A stretch of DNA of 64,000 nt from Fimbriosthenelais zetlandica (Eukaryota): NCBI GenBank assembly GCA_977030845.1, contig OZ365113.1:33852001-33916000 (forward strand), in the 5' to 3' direction. The position numbers and the translations under genes are program-made. The notes beneath the pieces are model-generated. The model had not been told where the DNA came from. It worked only from the letters and a program-made list of their open reading frames with translations, and made no database searches. Below are positions 1-12,200 of the stretch, piece by piece. Positions within the stretch are counted from its first letter, which is position 1, and each line of letters opens with the position of its first letter.

Positions 1-296
1 AAGGGCTGATGATAGAATAATTGTGAATTGATCAACTTCTAAATGAAAAAATATGCATCTAAAGTGAATCAAGCAACCATACAATCAAATCATATGCAGT
101 GAATGTACGATATGCAGGAACCTGGTGAAACATGTAGTGTGTAACAAAGAGCCAGATGAACCTGTACCTACTTTGTATATCTCGGGATGAGACTGAAGAT
201 ATCAAACATTTTCAATTGAATGTAACAAGTCCATACATAAATTCACTCTTGAGTTGGGAAATATGGAGAATATGACTTGCAAAATGAACAAAAATT

Positions 297-3200
297 ACCT
301 TGGATCTGAATTAAGTCCCTTCAATGAATCATTTTCTTCCTTCTTCTCATTGGAGTCTCCCATGAGGAAGTATGTGTCCCTGGAAATACACAATTCTTTT
401 TCTACAATTTGGCTGATTTTCTGTCGTTGATAGATGAAAATACTTTTACTACATTCTTTGTCAGAATTTTGAAGTATGCTACACAATATATTCTCTAATA
501 CAGCCTCTGAAAAGTTTGGGGAACAATTGAAGGTCAGTTGCAAAGATATAAGGAAAGTAAACAAACATTTTGAAGTAAATTTATGTGTATTATATCAACC
601 AAGCAATTTCTAAAGCAATAATAGTACATAGATCAATCAATTTCACAAACCTGACATTAGGGAAATCATCTAGTAGGCCTAGGATGGCGTTGTAGTAAGA
701 AATAATCTGAGATCGGAGCGAGTACTGAGCAATGCGCTGATTGAAACGATAGCAAAACTCCATGATGAGTTTCCTGAAAACAAAATTGATTAAATCAAAC
801 AACTGAGACCCATGAAGAGCAATATCCTTTTTTGGAACCTTGTCCCTTGTATTGGAATCAGGATGGGAAAAGCGTAACTATATTTTCAGACTTTATTTAC
901 CTTTTCATTTTTTCCAATTCTTCTGGGTTTTTCAGTATCATGGACATGCTGGACTTCTTGTTGACAAAGTCGTTGGTTATGATATCACGGCTTGGCGTCT
1001 ACGAACAGAAAATGAATTATTTTCAAATCTCTGATATTGAATATATTTCTACAGACAAACAACATGAAAATGAGATGCACTAAACCTTAGGACAGAGTTA
1101 CAAACCCTGATAAAATAAGAGAAATTTACTGACCTTTTCTAGCTGAAGAGATACAAATGCATCAGGCGACCTGCCAGCTTTCTGATTGGTGAGGGAGAGT
1201 GAACTTTTAGAATCCGCTCCTGTTTTTTTCTCATCTTTGGAATCTGTACTTGGTGGTCGACCGCTGGAACTGCTTCAAACGAGTGAAAAATTGAGAAGTG
1301 TCAACGGTTTACAAAATCAAATAAAAAAGATCATGCCACTCATTGCAAGGCTTTGACCACAGACTAACCGGCGTTTTGACCCAAAGCTACACAGCATTTT
1401 GAAGGTACTATACTACGTTAGTATAGGGCTCTGTAGGCCTACTTACCCTCTAGTAGGTATAGACCTATACTGAAACCCACATGCCCTTAAGTAGGTTTTG
1501 TAAGCTTTTTAACCTTTGGTAGATAGGCCTATATTGAAAGCCTACTTACCCTTTATTAGGTTCTGTAGCGGGCTGGCAGGCATTAGCCTGGGTGACGGCA
1601 GCAATCAGCGCGTTCTTATGGACAATCTGAGCAGCTAACACAGTCTGTAAACTCTCCAAGCCTGTCAACTTCAAAATCTGAAACAATTAATTTCAAATAA
1701 TGAAAGATTAATCTTTATTTCGCCTGCAATCTATATATGGGAAAAAACCCACACAGGAATTTAGTTTTGGAGAGGAGAAAAACTCACCTGGAGAATGCCA
1801 TCTCTGCTCCTGAAGCTGAACCGACCCACGTGACCTTCGTCTAATTCATGGATGGCCAGATAGAGGGTGTTAGGAACGTATCTGCAAAATTTGATAAAGC
1901 AAACTTCGAATTTTGAAAAGAAAAAATATTCTGGAAAGCATCAATAGATAGAAAGAAAGATGATCAGCACAAGGCAGGGAGGAGGGAGAAGTAGGGAAGG
2001 TGGGAATGAGAGCTGTCCTGCATTTAGTTAGTGGGAAACCATTGTACGGGTCATATTTTCTTATCATTTCAAATAATTAATGTACATTGAATCGTGACTG
2101 ACCTGTCGACGCCTGAGTCGTCCTCCTGTATGGAGGAGATGAAGACAGGCGGTGGTTTACCCGCCTCGTGTTTATAAGGTGCAAACTCAAACTGAACGAT
2201 CCGCAGAAAGAGATGACAGTCATCGTACCCCATCTCCTTAGCCTGCTCCCGGTACACCTGGACAAAATCACATAATGGAAATTTCATTTTATAGCCCTAA
2301 ACTACTGATTATTGCCCTATACTAGTGATAATTTCCCTATACTACTGGCCATTGCCCTAGACAACCCACCCTTTCCATATGCTACTTACAATAATAGCCA
2401 TATGCAATTCACCTTTGTTCTGTACTACTAAGCATTGCCCTATACAATTTACCATTACCTTATAATACTTTACTACTAATACCATTGCCTTATACTATTG
2501 ACAAGTGCCATATACTACTTACCATTGCCTTATACAACTCATCCTTTCCCTATACTTCTCATTATTGCCCAATATTACTTATAGTAGCCAAAAGTACTGT
2601 TGAAACTTTTGATTTGGTTGACACAATAAGAAATCTTTGTGTATAGAAACTTACTGCAGACAGCACCTCACTCTCCCAGGCTGATTCAACCAGTCTGTAC
2701 CGGGTAGTTATCACCTGGAAAAGAGAGAAATAGGCTGAGAACGACAATCAACTAAATGTCTAATATCTATGTTCATAATCTGAACTTTAACTTACCGATT
2801 CATGTCATTTATGTTGCAGACAGTTGCAGATTATGCCAGAAAAAGTCTGTTGTAACTTGTCTCCGACATATATATTGTATTTATTACATAAAATGACATC
2901 AAATTGAGAGAATCTATTTTTTACCTCCAGTAATCGACCCACAGCCTCAGCCATGTGCATGTGGCGCTCTTTAGGAGACGCTCGCTGATGTGTAGTTTCA
3001 ACTTGAGCCACCAGGGTGTGAGCTATCTCAGAGATGAAGAGTGGGTCCTCCACGAAAACGTCAGAGAAAAGCTGAAGAGTAAGAGACAAACATAATATAA
3101 GGAGACCGCCTTAAATAACGGAATTAATTCAAAGGTTCAGCTAGTTTTCTAAGGGGGCACATGAGCCCCTCTGCCCCCTTCAGAATGGCTTGTTTTCTAG

Positions 3201-6200
3201 GGCACCTATAGAGGGGTCTATTTTCTAAGGACAAAAATTGGACTTTAATCTGAAATGGCTGAAAAAGACTAGCCTTATAAATAAAAAGTCTTACATCTTT
3301 TTGGACCTGTGTGGAGTAGGAGAAGCCGAGTTGAGGCAGGTTCTCCCACTCTATCAGACAGTGTTCTACCAGCTTCTTCTCCAGGACCAGGGTGTCTATC
3401 ACTGACTCAGGCTTGTGGATATGAACCAGTTCCTTTAACAGAAAGATCCAGAAAATATTTAAAAAAAATTCTGCATTTTGTCTCCAGTAACAGTCATTCA
3501 ATATAATTACTTCAAATATATATTCCCTTTACTTAGGCCTACACTAATTATTCTCATATAGGAAAAAAATGCATACACACCAAGAAGGCGTGGTTGAGGG
3601 CATCTGGCATACGACTGGCAATAGCAAGGGAGGGATGGAACTCCAGCATATAGACATTACGAAGAGCGGACCTAGAATTTAAAATATATAAAATATAAAC
3701 CATATATCAAATACACGGCCATCACAGCATGGAACGAATATCAAACATTACTAGACCAATATTAAACCATCCGGATTTTTAAACATAAATATTTACATTA
3801 ATATTTACATATACATGTACCAAAAACTAGAAATTTGATTCGAACGAGTTCAAAAGTGATGTCCAGAAAATATTTTTCTTAATTATTAATATTACCTGAA
3901 CATCATCCAACAACATTCTATTATTTCATAACATGTAGAACTGTGTTTTCTTGCAAAGTGAAGAGTCTATCTCACTCTGATGAAGCTAGTGAGATTATTG
4001 CACAGTAAATCAAATGTTAACAGAATACAAATGCGGCTTAGCATCAAACACATTGCTGATCACAGTCCAAAGAAATAACACAAATGAAGACAAATCAAGT
4101 TAGATGATACAATAGCAGAATCATTTTGAACAGAACAAGCATGACTGATAGAAATTAAATCTTCATCTCCAGCCAATGACACTGTTATTTGCACATTTTG
4201 CTGGAGCATGTTCCACACCCATAAAATCATAAGTGGGCACAACAAACTTTCTGAGAAACTTTCTCTAGTTCATCCTTCAAGGATTGCATCACAAATTGTT
4301 AGTTTCTTGAGGGTGATAGAGAAAGTAAGATTATGATTATTGTCTCGCATGTTAAATAGGGGTTTACCGGACTATGTCATCACTGCTGCAAGGGAAATGA
4401 TCACACGTGCATTTAAACAGATAGTTTCACCAATAATATTACCAAATATTAAATACATATACAGGTATCCTATGTACTATCCATGCAAATATATCTATGT
4501 AAAGTTTATGGAGATGAACAACACAATTTACATCACCAAGTATATACATAATATACAAGTGGAATTGAAATAGACAGCGGAGACAGATATTTTTTATGTT
4601 GAATGCCAAAGACAATTCGGACATGATCATATTGATTTTGATTCCAGTATACAGAGGCAAATGAAATTGACACTGCTCACAATAGAAGTCCATAGGGGAA
4701 AACACCAATTTAATTATGGTTCACACGGTTATTAATGGTTGGCGGGACTGGTATTGTACTTTAGCTGCGGGTGGAGGTGCGCTCGACTCCCATATATTCC
4801 TTTAAGAACAGACTAAGAGAATTCATGCAGAATTAGATAGACATAAATTGACTATAGATACCTGCTCATGTTGACAGAGATGGGTTGTTTGGGGATGACC
4901 TTGTGGGGCAGACCAAAGTCACTATCCCCCTCTCTACACACCTTCTGTATGTATTCTCTCTGCTCCTCAATCTGAACAAAAGGTGAATATTAGTAAAGTA
5001 CAATTTACATGTGTTCACTAGTATTGAGTTATATAGTTAGCAGGCAGTCCATTGGCAAGAGCTTAATTTTAATTTGGGCAGAGAAAATACTTTAAGCTGG
5101 TTGGGACAATACCTGGGTGTGGTCAGGACAATAGCTTGGAATTATCAGGACACAACTTGGGCAAGCCAGGACAATAATTAGGGATGGTTTGACTGTACTT
5201 TGGGACATAAGAATAAATATGAAAGATTAGGCTTTGAGCACAAATTATTTGTCCGATAATATAATGTAGAACTTCAAATAATGAATACAACATATTAATA
5301 GATGATGACAAACCTGTGTATCTAGGATGGTTTTCATGAGTTGAGACTTGTTTCTCAGGATGATACACTCAATCCGGTAACTCCTGACGAAGTAGGGACC
5401 GTTGAAGTCGTATCGAGGTCGCTGATGGATGATATTAGTCATGACCTGAGCGAGACGACGCTTCTCATCCCGGTCAAATACATGATGGTAGGCCTCCATG
5501 TAACAGTCCAACAACTGGTGGGAATAAAAAAAACCCATTATAAATCACTTAGAAATGAATATTCAGGTACAGTGAGCCGCGCCCAAGCGGCCAGAAAGAA
5601 ATACCAATACTCACCTCTTTTTTACATTCCATGAATGCTGCTTCATTGCTCCAAAGATCCAGAAGGACGGCAAAGCGGTCAATGTCGTTGTGGCTGTAGG
5701 TTGGGATGTCAACATCACTCACCGGCTGATGGAAAATACAATAACAATCCCTCTATCAATACATGTCAGTACTTGGTAGAGAAAATGGAAGGAATTCTGT
5801 GGTAGTATAACTGAGAGATTTAGGGGTCTCTGAAAGGAGGCTTTGGACATTCAGGACACCCTGTAAGAGTCTCTCTGGGAACTACCCAACTCCCAGAAAG
5901 TTTCCGAATGAGTTTTGGACCCTTTAAAGGAATCTATGGGAACCTAGACTCCCAGAAAGAATCCTTGCATGGGAGCCTTGAGCTCCATACAAGGACCCTG
6001 AACAGGATCACTGAGAAATTGATGACTCACCGCATTTTTGGATCGGGACGTTGCTGAGGCCAGCCTCTTATCCCTGTCCTTGGTGATATAGTAACTAGCA
6101 ATCAGTACAAGATCTGTCTCCAAACACCTGCAATTAACATCATCAAATATCAAAGTAATGAATAAAATACCTGAAGTAATTTCTATCTCATATGAAAGGC

Positions 6201-9200
6201 CTTTCATTCCTGAAATGACCCCAGAAGACTTCATGGCAACTATGATATCTTTAGCATCAATAATGAAATAATGCCCAAATATTTTCTACCCTGTAGTAAT
6301 GTACACTATGTAAAACATTTGTTCGTCTTGATTGTAACATATTTTCGCCTTACTTGAGGTCATCTATGGCGGTATCGTAGACAATGTAATATCCTCGCTG
6401 ATCCTGGACGTGTACACGACCTTCATCCATGACGTAAAAATCATCATGATTCTCAACGGCAGAGAACTCCATAAACTCCGACTCAGATATTCTGATACGA
6501 AAAAAAAACATTCGAAATTAATGATACATGTAAAAAAAATCATCACAGTAGAAGTATTAGTGGACTTTTTTGTGCCTCACATAAAAAGACTTACTTGTAG
6601 TCAGTCGGAGTATTGTGGATGTATTGGTGAGAACCCAGAGCCCCACCAGTGCCCATACTTCCATCCCCCACTGTCTTCCTATGGTTCTGAGAACTGGAAA
6701 TACAACAGAGTATGCTAATTAGAAGATAAACTTAAATATTTAATACTGATAGAAATAAATTGCTTAATTAAGAGGGGAGTGCTTTGTCAATGTTTTCGCA
6801 TTACCTTGAGGAGACAAGTTTGCCTGATTCCAGTGAGAGACCACCATCATTAATAGTCAATGTTCTCTCGATTGATCGGAAATAATTCAGGATGCTCAGG
6901 CTCTAGAAAAAGACGCAACAAGTTGGTTAAGTTGTTTGTGGTTTAATATCCACGGTCAGTTATGAACAAGGTTTCCAGTAAAACAGACTGATTCATTGTC
7001 CAAAACTACAAGTTAACAGGCTGTGCTCGATCATATGGAGGAATTCTGATTATAGGAACTGACTATAGCCACAGATATTCCAGTATCTTTGCTATCGCTT
7101 TAATATTAATGAATGTATGACTCACAGTTCTCTGTAGATCCCTGATTCTGAGATGCCTGAGCTGGAGGAATGAGAGATATCCGCCCTGGAGGGACGCTGG
7201 GTCGTCACTGTCGGTACTCCCTTCATCCAGACCTATGGTATACACATTAAACAATTCTCTGTTACATGTCTTTAGATGTGTTCTGTGGTTCATGGTTCAT
7301 GGGAGCAGACATAAAACACAAGTTCTCTTGATGTCTTGTAGCCATTAGAAATAGCATCTATATTGAACAGTAATTCCTCGCCATTTTTTCATTAGGAAAT
7401 ACAATTGTAGATCATATTTGTTATTACCCAGTAGTTGTACAGTGTCTACGTAGTCGTAGCTGTCCTTGCGTTTCCTCGCGCTTGGTCCTCGTTGTTTGTT
7501 GAGAGACACATTCTCCACATCCTTCTCATCAAACTCAAAATCTGTCACATTAGTTTCATCCTCTTCTTTAACTCTGAAAAGGAAAACATCAATAAGGCCA
7601 ATGATGAACCCCGTCCAAAGCTCAATGATGAATTTGTTTGAGCTAATATTGTATTGTATGGTTGTTGAACGTCTCCTTTCAACAATTTTTCAGTTATATC
7701 AGGACTGTGCCTACTTGTGACCGTGAGCCCAATGCTCATTTATAGTGCTGCCTCACTGAGGTGTCATGTCGCAGGCACATGACATGATACCTCACCCATA
7801 CTGATCCTTGACCAGTCCTAGCTTGGGCAGGTAGGGACAATATCAGCAGAATACGTACTTGGCATGGAGTTCAGGATTGGTGTAGATCTTCTTCCATATT
7901 TGGTGTGTGTGATAACTAGTTCGATGTGACGTCACTCTCACAGCGTGTATAGGTCGTGGGTCTCTCACCATGGCTGCATGGTCCCTCAAAGCATCCTGTA
8001 CTCTCTGGTTCATATTTAAAAACATAAAATGTAATACATGTATCCAAAAGAACACATTTTATTTTGGATATTGAAATTATGACATAATAATAACTCCATT
8101 AATGTACACTTTCTTGAGGTGTGGCATAGAGGCTCCTGCAGATTAGGGAACATTTAAGGAAAAGGAGATTCGACATCAATGGAACAATTTTGAGGCGATT
8201 CAAAGCAGTGCTGATAAAATTCCGAAATTTATGGACTAAAATAAAAGAAAATTTTCATATATGTTTCTTGTATATAATTATGAAGCTTACCTCAGAATCG
8301 ATGACATGGATGAATTTAGCCTGGACATTGAGGAGTTCATCTACATTGTTCCTGGCCCGGAGTTCCACCATTTTCTTCTCCTGGATGGCATCACGGTGAG
8401 GATGGAGCTGGATGAAGGGCGTCCAGTTACATTCCTGCTTCAAGGCGTGCATAGAGTGGTCCGCTCCCCAGTTCTCCTGCCCGACCTAATGACACAAGAA
8501 TATAGTAAAGACATTAGCATCAAATTTATTAGGAATTATTGTACCCTCCTCGCAGATATTTATGACGCAAATGTAGCTTCAAATAATCATCAAATTTGTT
8601 CTTCAGGAATGCACTTCAGGCAACTCAAAACATTATGGAATATTCTACTTTTGAGTGAGCACAAAGTATTTATTTAATTACTTGAGAACAATATTTCGGA
8701 CATATTTAGTTTCTGTCAGTTATAAATGACACATCATCAGCGGGAAGGAATAAGTATATTATTGGACAGTAGACTGTAGAGATGTAGTGTTCAATATGTC
8801 AAAGGCCAGATATTTCTGGATACTCTATTCCATGCAATATTTCTATGACTACAAAGCGTTTCAGAAGCCAGCAAAACTGTTTTTTACAGTAAAAAGCCTA
8901 CATAATTCAAGAAATTTATTACATAATGGAGCATACCTAATTGGATAAGAAGTGGTCATGCAAATCAACTAGATTACCATAAAAATAAAACAATTGTGAA
9001 ACTACAAGATTTTGTCAAAGGGGCAACATTCATGCAGCTCATCAACGCATGAAAGTGTCCTCAATATTAACTGAGAGTTGGAAGCAAAGTCTATCGAAGA
9101 GAAAACTGAAGAATAAAGATTTCAAGCTAATTGAAGAGGCTAAAATCTATAGAAAAATGATACAGTGAAGAACATTTTTTGTAAACTTACCTTCTACAGA

Positions 9201-12200
9201 TGTATCATAATACAAAATAAGTATATTTATTACTTTCTATGCCTCTAGTGTCTCGAGATCAATATATATCCAAAGTTTACGTTCATATCAGAAATAAAAG
9301 ATTCTTTTAAATCTTGTTTAGTCTAGGCATTATATATGTATTTTATCCATGAAAAATTACTGAAAAATGTGTATGTACCTACGACATATGCATCCAAATA
9401 TATAATCTATGGCATAATGATACCACATCAGCCTCCAAATGGTCAGCTTAAATTTAAATATATCAAATAGGTATATGAAAATTTGGTGCTTTACCTCAAT
9501 GCGGTCATAAGTCTTGAAGCTTTTCATATGCTCCTGTCTGGTGTACACTTGCCTAAACTTCCTGTTCACGGTAGCATAGAATTCCATTTCATCAGAAGAG
9601 GATTGAATAGTTTCCACATTCTGCAAACAGACAGACACAGACAATTTTGAAAATCAGATGACAAATCCTGAAAATAATCTTCCTGGTTCGAAACTTGGTT
9701 CAAATTGGAGACAATACATGCAGTTTAGTTGGGTATAGCCTAATATTTGAAAACAAATTTCCTGTGTTCAAATGAGCTTAGTACATACATGTGTATGCCT
9801 AGATTAAAATTACTTTCATTCGTTGAATTGCAATAACATATCGTGAAAACTCTTAAATTGAAAACAACTGTTTAAGTTATCTTCAGTTGAAAACTGAAAG
9901 GTAAAAGCAAAACTTCTGACCACTCCAATGGTGTAGAGATGGCTGAGGAAGTTAAGCATGGGTCGCAGACAGTCCAGATCATTCTGGTGAAGAGGTAGGC
10001 CGAGATTCTGCTCATCTGATGCTATACCGCCTCCTGGAAATGAATGAGAAATGTTTTAGATTAAATGAAAATAGAGCAATGGAAAAAGCCAGAGGTTCAG
10101 TGATTTTGCTCTATAGACTCTATTTGCTATTTTATAGGGAAGACCAAATTAAAACCATAACTCCTCCAAAGGCAAAAGACCAGTATAAAGGAAGTCTAAA
10201 AAGAAGTTAAAAGTTTAAAAGACCTTAATATTAAATTTTAATTATGACAATTATTTAAAAAAAATATATGCAAGATGTACGAACCTGAAGCAGCGGCCGC
10301 GTAGTTAAGTTGAGCGGCTGTGATAGGATTGGTGGTGAGGAGGTTTGGGTTGAGAGGGGGAGGCTGAGGGGGCTCGGCAATGAGAAGTGGTCGCTGAGCC
10401 GAGGGTGGTCGAGAGGAGGCCGAGGTGGGCCGAGCCATGAAGCTACTCTCATCCTGATACCGAGCGGGGATCCTGGTTGTTATAGCTGAGTCATCCTGAA
10501 ATACATATACAGTGGAACCTCACTAAAGCGACTACCTCAATAAAGGGACCACCTCAATAAAGCGACCATCTCAATAAAGCGACCATCTCAATAAAGCGAC
10601 CATCTCACTAAAGCGACCATCTCCTAATGTCACCAATATGTTATAACAAAACTCTAGGGATCGGGTGATTAATATTGAAATAATATCATCATGCAATTAT
10701 GGCAAAATATGGAACTTGAGTAAAGAATACCTAACCATCGTTTTCCCAGATATTTACATTATGTTTTCATATATTTGGATATTTCTTAAACTCATAAACA
10801 CACAAAACATAAATCACGGCGTACAATGTCTTAATCTCTATGATATAGAAAAACAGCAAAACGTAAGGATTATTTTAATCAAAAATAAATAATATTCTTT
10901 ACATTTACTACGAGTAAATGTAACACATAAAAGACAAAATGTATAAATTAAAAGTTCCTACACATAAACACAAAGTACAAATGAACATAAAATTCTGATC
11001 TGAGTCACAAAAACAGGGAAAAACACTTAAATAAATCAAAGAATTAATATAAAATACAAAATAAAGATAACCTTTACGGTACTTGAAAAGGACAAACATC
11101 GTGGGCAATGACTCAATGTCTACTATTCAATCTATAGTTGATTTTGTATGCTATGCCTATATACGGCACAACCGTGCTAAATATAGATCTAACATTCATG
11201 TTACGGACTTTTTGCATGCATTTTGATCGACAAGAATAGCACGTCTACCGTGAATGGGAATTATACCTACCACCACTGCGGGGCGCTGAAGAAATATCTT
11301 ATAAATGTTACCCTATTGTATACCAGCCAAGTTTCATGACAAAATTTTAAAGACAAGATAGGTCTGTTGCATAATAAAGTACCAATGTTAAGTCAATGGG
11401 CTAATTTGGAATACCATTTTAGCCCGCCGTCCAACCCATGTGTTGCTGCAGCAGAGAAGGGTTAAGACTAGCACCAGATAGTTGGCTTTGAGCCTAAAGA
11501 CAAGGCAGGGAAGCTTGAAAGTTAAGATTAGATGGGCTTATCAATGGTGAATGATAGGCTGAGGTGGTTGATACCACTGACACTGGCATGCAACGCAACC
11601 CTCGCTAACAAAGCCTGTAATATTACTTCATGTTCACTGATGGTGCTTCACACCAGCCATCGATCAAAGACACTTCCTCTACAGTAGCAATGATTTCCAG
11701 TAGCGGATTGCAATAGGTTCGGGGTGGGGGGAGGGGCGGGGTGGAAAAGATCCCTTTTAGAAGTTTCCTAACCTCCTGGACCCAGCCCGGATTTCATACC
11801 ATGAGTAATCTTTTTAATTTCGTGCGTTTTACACTAATTATTTCCAGACAATTCGAAAGGGATGCATCAGACTTTTCAGTTGAAAATAATATTCTCCGGA
11901 GATATTATTCTCAGTAATATGAGAAATCATATTCCATATCTCAGAACTGAGGAATACTTCCCACATTGATATCCTTTGAAACAAGACATTCCAAAAAGAA
12001 ATTAAAAAAATTAACATACGTGTCTCAGTGTTATAACATTCCCATTTCAAACAAAACTAAATTTTCAGAGCAAACAAAATATGTACAAGGTTTGAAATAT
12101 GGCACAGATTTGTGGAAAAAAAGGAGACAACATACCTCTTTGGTAAGCCGAGTGTCAGGCATAATTTCCATTCTGTGCGTGACTGGCATCCATTCCATCA

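Noticed and set aside
11440-11464. AAGGGTTAA as a piggyBac terminus
   Set aside because: Only a short match and no partner end nearby.
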